Shown here: positions 27,904 to 37,700 of the stretch, one piece after another | Layout: the number at the start of each line of letters is the position of its first letter | How positions within the stretch are numbered: position 1 is the stretch's first letter | Virus record (IMG/VR): IMGVR_UViG_3300037466_001022 | Reading direction: 5' to 3' (one strand) | DNA: 64,000 nt | Source: an uncultured virus (IMG/VR IMGVR_UViG_3300037466_001022) | Lineage: Duplodnaviria; Heunggongvirae; Uroviricota; Caudoviricetes | Translations under genes and position numbers: made by a program | Notes under the pieces: generated by a model | The model's input: only the letters and a program-made list of their open reading frames with translations | What the model was told of the DNA's origin: nothing | Databases searched by the model: none

Positions 27904-28731
27904 TTATTGGATTCCTGTATTACTTGTTGGTACTGCTGAAAAATTGACGACGGGTCGTTCCGTCAAATCTGAGAAATGACGTTGTGGTATAGTAGTATGG
28001 GATACCATTTCTTCACCTTTAAGATTGGTCCAGGCGGCTGCACCGACGATTGGTTCCCAATACGAATAGGTGAAGTTTACCTGGAACTTCATCGCTTCAT
28101 CTGATTGCCAATTCAAATTGATCTGATCTACAGAGATGGGATACAAATCCCTGAAAACGATTGCATATCGGATTTCTGTGGTATCAACTTCGGTGAAATC
28201 AATAGACCCATTGTTATTGGTTTGATTTTGTGGAATTGTATCCGTCATTGTATTATAAGGGCTCATGACAAACAACGTGGCGTCTATAACGATATCGTTC
28301 ATATAGGCATTATCGAATGTTGCTCCTGGATTACTGGAGGAGAAAGCATTCTTGATGGCAAAAATCCAGTCATCGAATAGTTCTTTTTCTGTCATGCGAT
28401 CACGAACGATGAAAGTTGCCGTTAGAGAACCATATTCAAGTGTTCCTGGCATTTTTGTCACCATTTTTGGTGAATAACCTGGTCTTGGATCAACATTTAT
28501 GGTTAGACCAGGGAAATCAATGTTTTCACAAAGATAGCGTAGAGAACGTAGGTAGGAATTACCCTTAAGGGAATATTTTGCCTGGGATGGACGATTATAA
28601 GGTCCCCCTCCACCTAATACAGTTGGATATGACCCAAGTATGAAAACGAACCGATTGGTAGAGATTGGTCCACCATGCTGGTTCAATGTTGAATAGAAGT
28701 TTAGGAGATGCGAATAACTCTTGATGGGCAA
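27904..28731 (-). CDS. tail-tube-like baseplate protein (gp54-like)
   Basis: CENIDFPG, TF.....K.LFDDW, LYPISVDQINLNW..F.VNFTY tube-fold motifs. Confidence 0.65.
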   Translation of the reverse strand: MPIKSYSHLLNFYSTLNQHGGPISTNRFVFILGSYPTVLGGGGPYNRPSQAKYSLKGNSYLRSLRYLCENIDFPGLTINVDPRPGYSPKMVTKMPGTLEYGSLTATFIVRDRMTEKELFDDWIFAIKNAFSSSNPGATFDNAYMNDIVIDATLFVMSPYNTMTDTIPQNQTNNNGSIDFTEVDTTEIRYAIVFRDLYPISVDQINLNWQSDEAMKFQVNFTYSYWEPIVGAAAWTNLKGEEMVSHTTIPQRHFSDLTERPVVNFSAVPTSNTGIQ

Positions 28732-28736
28732 ATTAA

Positions 28737-29351
28737 TTAACTCCAGACGTGTTTCTTTGCAGATATGGAAATATTTTTATTATTAACGAATCTCTGACTC
28801 GGAATCAAACAGGCTATCTCCCATTCAGAAGGGGGGATATATAAAAAGGATGTTTGAACATGGTTTGTTAGATACCTTTTGAAACAAGGTCTGAAATCCG
28901 CAAACTTCGCTGATCCAACCAAAACATCATAGGAAATGCGTAATTTTGTCGTATCGTCCCATTTATTGTTGTTGGCAATACTCTCAAGATTACCCAAAAG
29001 TCCAATTCTATTGGTTGGACTCAAATAATGGAGATTCAGGCCGAAGAATCCATCTTGGAGAGGTTTTACCATGATAATTAGAGGAAACCTGTCAAAATAT
29101 GGTAGAGTGTCTTTATATTTAGCATCATAAGAGAAATGGTACATTTTACCAACTTGTGGAAGACCAACCAATCTGGATAATTTTGCATCCCAATTATCCT
29201 TCATAATTTGATTCGTGCCAATTTTGAGTTTCTTTGTTTTATCAAATAACCAAGTTGTTGCTTCTTGGGATCTGTTAGGGAGTCCCAATTTATCCATATT
29301 GATTCTTATGCGATCTAACAAATTATTTTGGTATTTGGGTGTCTTAGCCAT
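28737..29351 (-). CDS. gp2: DNA end protector (gp2)
   Basis: YDAKYKDTLPYFDRFPL, GLNLHYL, PCFKRYL. Confidence 0.9.
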   Translation of the reverse strand: MAKTPKYQNNLLDRIRINMDKLGLPNRSQEATTWLFDKTKKLKIGTNQIMKDNWDAKLSRLVGLPQVGKMYHFSYDAKYKDTLPYFDRFPLIIMVKPLQDGFFGLNLHYLSPTNRIGLLGNLESIANNNKWDDTTKLRISYDVLVGSAKFADFRPCFKRYLTNHVQTSFLYIPPSEWEIACLIPSQRFVNNKNISISAKKHVWS

Positions 29352-29362
29352 TGATTAGTTAT

Positions 29363-29869
29363 TTATCCTGAAATGACTTGTTTAGCATCGATTATTGCCT
29401 GTTCTAACAAATGATTTTTTACTTCAAATTTATTGGTATTTGTGTCCTTACAGAGGAGTAAAAATTCCCACCCCTTCTCTTCACAGAATTTCTTAGCCGC
29501 TAACCATTTGGAACCATTGGTATAATAACGTTGGATAGCTTCGGTATAGGTTTTCTTGCTCTGTCTTTTCCCTTTGATTGGTTTAACGGAAAATTGTGCA
29601 GGTTTGATTTCTATGAGAGTTGGAACAATCTTACCATTTCTTACAATTCTTGCAAATATGTCAGGAAAGTACCTATGGGGGGTCCTATCAAGCACATTAA
29701 TATAGGGAATTACCAATTCTTCAGAATTCCACCCAATTACTGTACTAGAAGAGTCTAACCATTTAAACACCTCACGCTCCCATCCACTCCGAAAAATTAT
29801 ATTGTTTACATCCCCTATATATTTGTGGGGATTGGTGGGGCGGAATCGACCCTTATCTGTTTCTCTCAT
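29363..29869 (-). CDS. gp4: head completion nuclease (gp4)
   Basis: GRFRPTNPHKYIGD, RSGWE, SEE..IPY, HRYFPD, IEIKP, KW.AA. Confidence 0.92.
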   Translation of the reverse strand: MRETDKGRFRPTNPHKYIGDVNNIIFRSGWEREVFKWLDSSSTVIGWNSEELVIPYINVLDRTPHRYFPDIFARIVRNGKIVPTLIEIKPAQFSVKPIKGKRQSKKTYTEAIQRYYTNGSKWLAAKKFCEEKGWEFLLLCKDTNTNKFEVKNHLLEQAIIDAKQVISG

Positions 29870-30534
29870 ATATTTTTCCTAGCTTTATACCCCTTATGCG
29901 TACCTTTTGAAAGTATCCTTGGATTTAATCCTAGATTCTTACAAAAACGAGGCAAACCTTTGACAAATTGTTCAATACCATTAGGATAAGTAATTATCCA
30001 TTCTTTTGATTTGCTATTAGACATTTTATCTTTGGCTTCTTGTGTATGTATTTTACCAATATGGGATTTGCGAATTTTTTCAATGTGTTCAAGGGATTTT
30101 TTCTTACCTTTAGTTTTCAAACTTTTGAGGATGTTCATTTCTTTTGGTTGTTTTTTACCATACCAATAATTTTTGATTCCTTTTTGTGCGTCTGACATTT
30201 TCTTTCTAGTTTCATCACTAATTATCCTACCTAATGCACCTTCGCCACCTTTTGTCATGTTATAGCCGTTTATTCCAAAAGTGTCATAATATTCAATGAA
30301 ATATGGCTCCATTACATTTTTTAGATAATCACCATCCTTTGATTGACATATGACCTCCCAATCGAAAGACCCCCATCCATATTTACGAATTGCTTTATAG
30401 AAAATAAATTGTTGGTTTACTACCAAAGCATCTCTTTTATGACATTTTAAGCGTTTTGGCCATTTACTGTCAAAACCAATATAAGATTTGCCATTAATTC
30501 TATTGGTGGCCTTATAAATAGAGTATATTTTCAT
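29866..30534 (-). mobile_element. GIY-YIG (Seg-like) homing endonuclease with NUMOD3-like repeats
   Basis: near-identical N-terminus to 19068..19703; GYNMTKGGEG; ETRKKMS repeats. Confidence 0.88.
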
Positions 30535-30562
30535 TGCTGTTATTCCTTCCTGGATAATAGAG

Positions 30563-30606
30563 TTGGTGGGAGTTCCAGTCCGCGACCAATATCACACTTA
30601 TTTAGG
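30563..30606 (-). promoter_or_regulatory. late promoter plus conserved endonuclease leader hairpin, copy 3
   Basis: CCTAAATA then UUGGU-CGC-GGA-cuggaac-UCC-C-ACCAA. Confidence 0.75.
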
Positions 30607-30621
30607 GAAATACCACAACAA

Positions 30622-31713
30622 ATGAGTCAATCCTTCGATTTCCGCGGTCCTCTTGCAGCATTGGAACCTGAACAGTCGTCTACGGCGATAAAATGTTATT
30701 ATTATCCAGCAGATTTAACGACTGTTACCGGACATTATGTAAGATTCGATTGCCAAATTTTTGAAGATTCTCGGTTTCAACAAGGTATCAAAGGTAATTT
30801 TGGTTCAGCCAAAGACGCGGGAAGTTTGTTGACAAACAATGCTGAAGCGGCGGCCTTGAAGATTCTTTCTGGTGCATCGGGAACATCAACAGGTGCAGCA
30901 GCTTCAACACTTGGGCAATTCATTAAACCAATTTCTACGGGTGGTTCAACCACTACCGCAGCATTGAATTATTTGAACGCTCTTCCAGAAGGCGGCGATC
31001 TATACAAATATTTTCCTGGTCTTAGAGGTCTTGGGAACAAGCGAACTCTCAACCATATCTATATGTACACCCCTGACACTCTTGTTTATGGATATAATAA
31101 CCAATGGGAAACAGTCTCTCTTAGAGAGAAATTCGGCGTCCTAGCCGATGGTGTGTCTGCCTTCCAGGATATCAAAAAGGGTGATTTTGGTAGTGCTGCT
31201 GCACTTCTTACACCCTATCTATCTAAGGGTCTTGGTTTGGGTGATGCGACATCCCAAAGAAATACCCTTATGGCGATGATGGGCTTCCCCATTAATCCAG
31301 TAAACGAAGTATTGTTCAAAGAAACCCAACAACGACAATTCACTATGCGATTTAAATTATATCCACAAACTGCCAAAGAAACAGAAGAAATCTTCAACAT
31401 CGTTGAACAATTTGCTTTCCATGCTGCTCCTGAATATGCCCAAGGTGAATTTGGTGGTTTCTTGATCATGCCATCTGTGTTCGATATCAAATTCATGTTC
31501 GTTGTCAGAAATCCTGATGGATCACCCATGGAAATTGAAAACCCTTGGATTAGAAGAATATCCACCTGTGCATTGACAGATTTCAATGTCGATTATTCTA
31601 ATGATGGTGCATGGCAGGCTATGGAAGATGGATCACCAAGATCGGTGGATCTTACTCTATCCTTTAAGGAATTGGAAATTATCGACAAATCACGAGTCAA
31701 GCGAGGATTCTAA
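30622..31713 (+). CDS. gp48: baseplate tail-tube cap (gp48)
   Basis: NP..EVLF...RQFTMRFKLYP..E, P..F.I.F, C.LT...VDY, L.L.F.E. Confidence 0.8.
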   Translation: MSQSFDFRGPLAALEPEQSSTAIKCYYYPADLTTVTGHYVRFDCQIFEDSRFQQGIKGNFGSAKDAGSLLTNNAEAAALKILSGASGTSTGAAASTLGQFIKPISTGGSTTTAALNYLNALPEGGDLYKYFPGLRGLGNKRTLNHIYMYTPDTLVYGYNNQWETVSLREKFGVLADGVSAFQDIKKGDFGSAAALLTPYLSKGLGLGDATSQRNTLMAMMGFPINPVNEVLFKETQQRQFTMRFKLYPQTAKETEEIFNIVEQFAFHAAPEYAQGEFGGFLIMPSVFDIKFMFVVRNPDGSPMEIENPWIRRISTCALTDFNVDYSNDGAWQAMEDGSPRSVDLTLSFKELEIIDKSRVKRGF

Positions 31714-32324
31714 TGCTTGGATATTTCCAGAACTTCCCAAGGGTTGTCTATGACTTGAACGGGAATCCCGCAACGATTGACTATAATCTGGTAACCAACA
31801 TAATGACAAGAGTGTCTTTTATTAAAGACCTCCAATTACGGACTGATATCTATTATGACTATATCATCAAGGACACTGATACTCCAGAAAATATTGCCGA
31901 TAGATACTATGGTGATCCAAATTATTTCTGGGTTATCCTTCTGTTCAATAATATAATGGATCCACAATTTGATTGGCCTCTGAATTCAAGAAGTCTTGAT
32001 GCAAAAATTCGCGATACATATGGTGATGCATTGAATGATATTCATCATTATGAAATGAACGTGGAAACCTATGATGTATTCAGTCAAACCACGACAAATT
32101 TTACATATATAATCGACCAAGAAACATTTAACAATACACCAGTATTCGCCAATGAACATATCGATGATGGAATGATCTCTGTATCGGTTACAACCACAAC
32201 ATCAAGCGTCAGTAACTATGATTATGAGGTCGACCAGAATGAACAAAAAAGATCAATTCATATCGTTAAGTCAAATTATCTTGGGCAAATACAAGGACAG
32301 TTAGAAAAGGCTCTATCTAGCTAA
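31713..32324 (+). CDS. gp53: baseplate wedge subunit (gp53)
   Basis: YFQNFP, DTPENIA..YYGD..WVILL.N.I.DP..DWP, IHHYE, NE.KR.I. Confidence 0.88.
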   Translation: MLGYFQNFPRVVYDLNGNPATIDYNLVTNIMTRVSFIKDLQLRTDIYYDYIIKDTDTPENIADRYYGDPNYFWVILLFNNIMDPQFDWPLNSRSLDAKIRDTYGDALNDIHHYEMNVETYDVFSQTTTNFTYIIDQETFNNTPVFANEHIDDGMISVSVTTTTSSVSNYDYEVDQNEQKRSIHIVKSNYLGQIQGQLEKALSS

Positions 32325-33658
32325 TGGATGTGACATTAACCGCGCCACTCAACAATTTAGACTTCGCTGGACAATATGATTTGCGCGAGATGCAGTTGAT
32401 TTTGTCTGGTGATCTACAAGCTATTGATATTCGAAATCTATATACCGAATTCAATATCTATGAAGATATGATCGGAACAGCGGTTTCTGGCAATATCACT
32501 ATCATGGATAACTTAAATATGTTGTCTCGTGTGGGCTTTTCTGGAAATGAAAGAATACGTCTGACGGTGGAATCTGCCACTTTAGGAAATCCTCTATCGA
32601 TGGAGTTTCTCGTCTATGGTATTTCACCTGTTTTCACTGATCCCGCGCAAAATTCTAAACGCGGTGTCATGTATGTCATTAATTTCTGTTCACCAGAAAA
32701 ACTGCGCGACCTTCAACTCATTGTTGCTAAAGCTTATAAATCAACACCTATCTCTACTATTGTGGGTGATATTCTTGGTAGTAGCTTTCTGAACACCAAC
32801 AAAAAGCGATTTATCGAAGAAACTTCTGGTCATCAAGACCTGATCATACCAAGCTTTAAACCGTTTGCTGCGATTGATTGGTTGAGTACAAGAGCCGTTT
32901 CTGGTTCGAATAATCCAGATTATGTGTTTTTTGAAAACCATGAAGGTTATTATTTTTCATCTTTGGAATCTCTCTTCAATGCGGCTCCTTCGACATTGGA
33001 AACCTTCATCATGGACCCTAGAGGATTCAATGATCCCGATACTGGTATGCCTGATATTGGAAGACGTTTAAGGACGATCAAGGATTTCTCTTTGGTTAGT
33101 TCTCCAGACTCACTGCAGCAGACGAAAGATGGCACTTTTGCATCTGTTCTCTGCACTTATGATCCTATCAGAATGATATTCAAGGAAATCAATTATTCCA
33201 TTCTTGATGGTTTCAATAAAATGAAAGGTCCAGGTGGTTATGGTACACCACCATATTTACCAAACTTTGATGGCGCAAATAAACCAACATCGGCGCGTTA
33301 TTTTTATCCGACGAATTATAACAGAACCCAAACTGCATATGGAAAGAACGATCCAACCGACAATAACACTCTAGTTGAAAATTTCATGGGTAAACGCCAA
33401 TCTATATTATCTGGTATGCAGACATACAAGGTGCGTGTCATGATCAATGGTAATCTTGGTGTTATGGCTGGAAGCGTCATCAATCTTGCTGTTCCTGATT
33501 TCGATAGAAAGACCTCAGTTGATTTGGGAACACAGAATGACGTTTATTCGGGTCGTTATTTGGTAACAGCCCTTCGTCATCGTTTTGATATGACAACTCA
33601 TGATACGTTTATTGAAGCGGTCAAGGGGTCTCCAGAAAAAGGTCTCGGAAGAGTATGA
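32324..33658 (+). CDS. baseplate hub protein (gp27-like)
   Basis: IYED....SG.I.I.D, G.E, FFEN..GY.F, SGRYLVTALRH; lies before gp5. Confidence 0.7.
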   Translation: MDVTLTAPLNNLDFAGQYDLREMQLILSGDLQAIDIRNLYTEFNIYEDMIGTAVSGNITIMDNLNMLSRVGFSGNERIRLTVESATLGNPLSMEFLVYGISPVFTDPAQNSKRGVMYVINFCSPEKLRDLQLIVAKAYKSTPISTIVGDILGSSFLNTNKKRFIEETSGHQDLIIPSFKPFAAIDWLSTRAVSGSNNPDYVFFENHEGYYFSSLESLFNAAPSTLETFIMDPRGFNDPDTGMPDIGRRLRTIKDFSLVSSPDSLQQTKDGTFASVLCTYDPIRMIFKEINYSILDGFNKMKGPGGYGTPPYLPNFDGANKPTSARYFYPTNYNRTQTAYGKNDPTDNNTLVENFMGKRQSILSGMQTYKVRVMINGNLGVMAGSVINLAVPDFDRKTSVDLGTQNDVYSGRYLVTALRHRFDMTTHDTFIEAVKGSPEKGLGRV

Positions 33659-35175
33659 GCTTATTTGCTGGCTACAACGCCATCACACATACACAATTTA
33701 CTGGTGTTGTCGAAGATCGTAATGATCCTCTGAAAGCAAAGCGTGTTCGTGTGCGGTGTTTCTTTGTCCATCCACCGGATAAAACGCTTGTGCCAACTGA
33801 AGCATTGGAATGGGCCCGTGTTGGAACAAATATCAAATTGAAAGAAGGTGATCATGTCAGAGGCTATTTCGAAGATGGTCAAGACATGCAACAACCTGTT
33901 GTCACAGAGAAGATTATTGGTATTCCTGAGACTAAAAATGACCCAAACACAGGTTTCAATGACCCTCGCACTCCAACACAGCTACAGAATGCCCCAAGAC
34001 CACCAGCACAATTAAAGAACCCTGAAGATGGTTCTGGTGTGCAGATTGTTGAACAAGCCGCGGCTGTTTCTGGTTATCGTTTGAATGAGCCTTTGACTTC
34101 TCGTTTGATTCGCGGTGAAAACCTAGACCAATACAAGTCAATGCTCAGTGTTGATGCTATCTCCAATTATCCGATTGTTGATAATTCGATGATTACCGGT
34201 CTTGCCAATTCTATGTTGATCAAAGCTCAACAACAGATAACGGCTGGCATTTCTGCATTGATCCGAAAGATACCAGGTCTTGCGCCCTATACTGCAACGA
34301 TCATTCGTACATTCTTCACTCAACCGTATTTAAAGAAATTTACTTTACCGGCAACGTATACCCTACCTCCAAGTAAGGCAGCTCCAGTTTATCCTTACAA
34401 CCATGCTGTCGTGACAGAATCCGGTCATATCCATGAAGTTGACGACACTCCTGGAGCCGAACGTATTCATACCCGCCATCGTTCTGGAACCTATGAGGAA
34501 TACTATCCAGATGGGGATTACGTCCAACATGTCAGAAAAGATAATCATGTTGTCGTTGATGGGCAAGACAATAATATCATTCGTGGTGGAAAACAAACAG
34601 TTGTAGAAGGCTCCGAAACTGTAACAATTCGAGGAGCTAAATATGTTCAAATCGAAGGTCAAAGCCAAGTAGTTATCATTGGTGATGCCAATATTTCTGT
34701 TCAAGGGAACGCTTCCCAATATGTCAAGGGTGATTTTACGCAGGTAATTGGTGGTGATTATCGTCAGACTGTACAAGGAAGATATACTCAGGTATTAGAG
34801 AAAGATGTTAGTCGCACATATTCTGGTGATGTATTCGAACGTTATCAAAAGGATTTGAAACAGAATATATTTGGTGAATGGACATTTAGATTTGACAATC
34901 AGGCTTTCCGGTTTGAATTCTTACAACCAAATATAACTCCTATCACTAATAAACCAATTAATTTGTCCACTGTTGTTCTTTCTGAAATTACGGCATCAAC
35001 CGGTGACGATTCAGCTTTGGATGGGCCAGCATTCTCAATTCAACCAACCATGAAATCTAAAGCAATTGACACTTTGTCTAGTATTGATCCGTCCAACATC
35101 TCAAATATTGATATAGCAAATGTTGGATTTAGTATCGCAAATACAGCCGACAGTTCAGGTTTCTTCGTTGTTTAA
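33655..35175 (+). CDS. gp5: baseplate spike gp5 (OB-fold plus beta-helix, no lysozyme domain evident)
   Basis: GVVEDRNDPLK..RVRVRC, YPYNH..TESGH..EVDDTPGAERI, V.G beta-helix repeats. Confidence 0.88.
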   Translation: MSLFAGYNAITHTQFTGVVEDRNDPLKAKRVRVRCFFVHPPDKTLVPTEALEWARVGTNIKLKEGDHVRGYFEDGQDMQQPVVTEKIIGIPETKNDPNTGFNDPRTPTQLQNAPRPPAQLKNPEDGSGVQIVEQAAAVSGYRLNEPLTSRLIRGENLDQYKSMLSVDAISNYPIVDNSMITGLANSMLIKAQQQITAGISALIRKIPGLAPYTATIIRTFFTQPYLKKFTLPATYTLPPSKAAPVYPYNHAVVTESGHIHEVDDTPGAERIHTRHRSGTYEEYYPDGDYVQHVRKDNHVVVDGQDNNIIRGGKQTVVEGSETVTIRGAKYVQIEGQSQVVIIGDANISVQGNASQYVKGDFTQVIGGDYRQTVQGRYTQVLEKDVSRTYSGDVFERYQKDLKQNIFGEWTFRFDNQAFRFEFLQPNITPITNKPINLSTVVLSEITASTGDDSALDGPAFSIQPTMKSKAIDTLSSIDPSNISNIDIANVGFSIANTADSSGFFVV

Positions 35176-35192
35176 CCAATAAATAGAGAACA

Positions 35193-35621
35193 ATGATTAC
35201 AGCAAAAAAGAGTATAACCGGGGTTTATTCAAGTAAACCTGTATATTTTTCTGATTTGGATTTAGATTTTAATCTAAATCCAACAACAGGTGATCTTGTG
35301 CCATTGAAAAACGATTTATCTATTCGTCGTTCTGTACGTAATTTGGTTATGTTGAATTTTGGGGAAAAGCAATTCCAGCCTAAAATCGGGTCGAATGTCA
35401 GAAAAATCTTGTTCGAACCTTTGACCCCGGATGTTGCTGGTCGTCTTCAATCATATATCCAACAGACGCTTACAAATTTTGAACCAAGAATTCAGTTGCA
35501 GAGTGTCGAGGTTATTCCGATCTATTCAGAAGATGGATATAATGTAACTGTCAGTTTCTTCTTATTGAACACAGTGAGCCAATTACAAACAATTTCCTTA
35601 TTCCTTACGAGAATCCGTTAG
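35193..35621 (+). CDS. gp25: baseplate wedge subunit (gp25)
   Basis: SDLDL.F..NP.TGD, SVRNLV, GE..F.P.IGS, LFEP, NFEPRI. Confidence 0.92.
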   Translation: MITAKKSITGVYSSKPVYFSDLDLDFNLNPTTGDLVPLKNDLSIRRSVRNLVMLNFGEKQFQPKIGSNVRKILFEPLTPDVAGRLQSYIQQTLTNFEPRIQLQSVEVIPIYSEDGYNVTVSFFLLNTVSQLQTISLFLTRIR

Positions 35622-37700
35622 ATGAGCAATACATCACCAAGAATTGTTATTACTGATCTTGATCCAGATTCAATCAAGCAAAATTTCATTAACTATTTGA
35701 AATCCCAGGATGAATTCAAAGACTATAACTTTGAGGGTTCTGGTTTGAATATTCTTCTTGGTATATTGGCTCATAACACCCACTACAACGCATATTATGT
35801 AAATATGGCGGCTAATGAACGCTTTATGGATACCGCCCTATTGAATGATAGCGTCATGTCAAAAGCAAAGGAACTTGGATATACTCCAGATTCTCGATCC
35901 GGCGCTGTTGCCAACGTTGATATTACTGTTACGACACCTAACACATTCACATCATTGTCCATGACTATTCCACGTTATGCGACATTTATGTCAAGTCCTG
36001 TAGATGGCACAAACTATATCTTCGCGACAAATGAATCGGTAACCGCAACTCGTGCCAATGCAAATGTTGCTTTCACGTTCTCTGGCGTTCCCCTGACACA
36101 GGGTAGACCATTTACTTATTCATTTGGTCAAACAGATTTGGACTCGAACCCTAATGGTCGCTACATAATCCCAGATGTTGGGGTTGACACTTCAACGATT
36201 ACTGTTTTAGTTCAACAATCAGCCTCAAACACCCAGACAGACGTATATAACAGAGCCGATGATATTACGCTGATAGATTCGGATTCAAAGATTTTCTTTG
36301 TTGAACCAGGTACCGGCGGTAAATTTGTTCTTCAATTTGGTGATGGTATCAGTGGGACAAAGATTCAAAACGGCAACATTGTTTATGCAAACTATATCTT
36401 GACCGATGGTAGTCTTGCCAATGGGGCGGAAACATTCACTTATTATAAAAATGGTAATTTTCCTGTTGGATCACTTGTTAGTGTTACAACAAATTCGGTC
36501 GCTGCTGGAGGAGCTAACGAGCCAGACATCGAGACTATTCGTTTCAATGCTTTGCGTGCTTTCCCCCGTCAAGGCCGTGCCGTAACAGGTATTGACTATG
36601 AAACTCTCTTGAAGCAAGAATATCCATTTGCTGATTCGATTGTCGTTTGGGGTGGAGAAGACAATGATCCTCCACAATACGGCACCGTCTTCATCTCATT
36701 GAAACCAAAAACGGGTTTCGTATTGACAACTGCGGAAAAGAACAGAATATCCAAAGATATTCTGAAATCACGCAACGTTGTCAGTGTCATCCCTACTATT
36801 ATCGACCCCAATTATCTCTATATTCGCTGCAATTTGAAAGTGAATTATGATACCAAGAAATTGACATTATCCGAAGACGAATTGAAGTTGATCGTTCGCA
36901 ATGCTGTATTCAGCTATAATTCAACTAATCTTGGTAATTTCAATTCTGCCTTCCGTCTATCTTCCTTGTTTTCAACCATTGTGAACAGTCATTCATCTAT
37001 TCTTGGTTGTGATATGAAAGTTACGGTCGAGAAGCGTACTACTATTAATCTTGGAGTTAATCAAACTTATACAATTCCTTTTGGATTAGAATTGGCACGT
37101 GGTGGTCTCAATGATCGTGTACATTCTCCAACATCATTCGAAATCTTTGATAATACAGGTGTTGTTCGTGTAGCATATTTGGAAGAAGTTCCATTGTCAT
37201 CAAGCGGCATCTCCGATATTGAAGTGCGTTCACCAGGTTCAAACTATACCTCTCAAGCTAGTGTGACTATTAGTGGTGATGCACCTTCGGGCTCCGAAGC
37301 CACTGCCCATCCAATCATTGTAAATGGTCAGGTTCGTAGCATCGTGATCGATAAGCAAGGTGGCGGCTACTCATTTGCCGAGGCAACAGTTGTGGATACG
37401 AAAGGATTCGGCGCTGTCGCCTATCCGATCTTGTCATCTCTTGTTGGGCAATTGCGTATCGTCTATTTCCAGAATAGTGAAAAGATTGTTTTGAATGATA
37501 ATGCTGGTGTGATCCGTTATGATACTGGTGAAATCACCTTGACAAACTTCAATCCTGTTTCAACAATCGGTGAAACCGTTGGGGAAATCGTGATGATTGC
37601 TCAGAGTGAAAACGATACAATCATGCCAACACGAAACAACATCATTGTAATTGATGCTAACGACGAAAATAGTGTTGTAATTGACTTGGTTGCAGAATGA
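35622..37700 (+). CDS. gp6: baseplate wedge subunit (gp6)
   Basis: DYNFEGSGL..LL..LA.NTHY, FGDG, QGRAVT..DY, WGGEDNDPPQYG. Confidence 0.93.
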   Translation: MSNTSPRIVITDLDPDSIKQNFINYLKSQDEFKDYNFEGSGLNILLGILAHNTHYNAYYVNMAANERFMDTALLNDSVMSKAKELGYTPDSRSGAVANVDITVTTPNTFTSLSMTIPRYATFMSSPVDGTNYIFATNESVTATRANANVAFTFSGVPLTQGRPFTYSFGQTDLDSNPNGRYIIPDVGVDTSTITVLVQQSASNTQTDVYNRADDITLIDSDSKIFFVEPGTGGKFVLQFGDGISGTKIQNGNIVYANYILTDGSLANGAETFTYYKNGNFPVGSLVSVTTNSVAAGGANEPDIETIRFNALRAFPRQGRAVTGIDYETLLKQEYPFADSIVVWGGEDNDPPQYGTVFISLKPKTGFVLTTAEKNRISKDILKSRNVVSVIPTIIDPNYLYIRCNLKVNYDTKKLTLSEDELKLIVRNAVFSYNSTNLGNFNSAFRLSSLFSTIVNSHSSILGCDMKVTVEKRTTINLGVNQTYTIPFGLELARGGLNDRVHSPTSFEIFDNTGVVRVAYLEEVPLSSSGISDIEVRSPGSNYTSQASVTISGDAPSGSEATAHPIIVNGQVRSIVIDKQGGGYSFAEATVVDTKGFGAVAYPILSSLVGQLRIVYFQNSEKIVLNDNAGVIRYDTGEITLTNFNPVSTIGETVGEIVMIAQSENDTIMPTRNNIIVIDANDENSVVIDLVAE

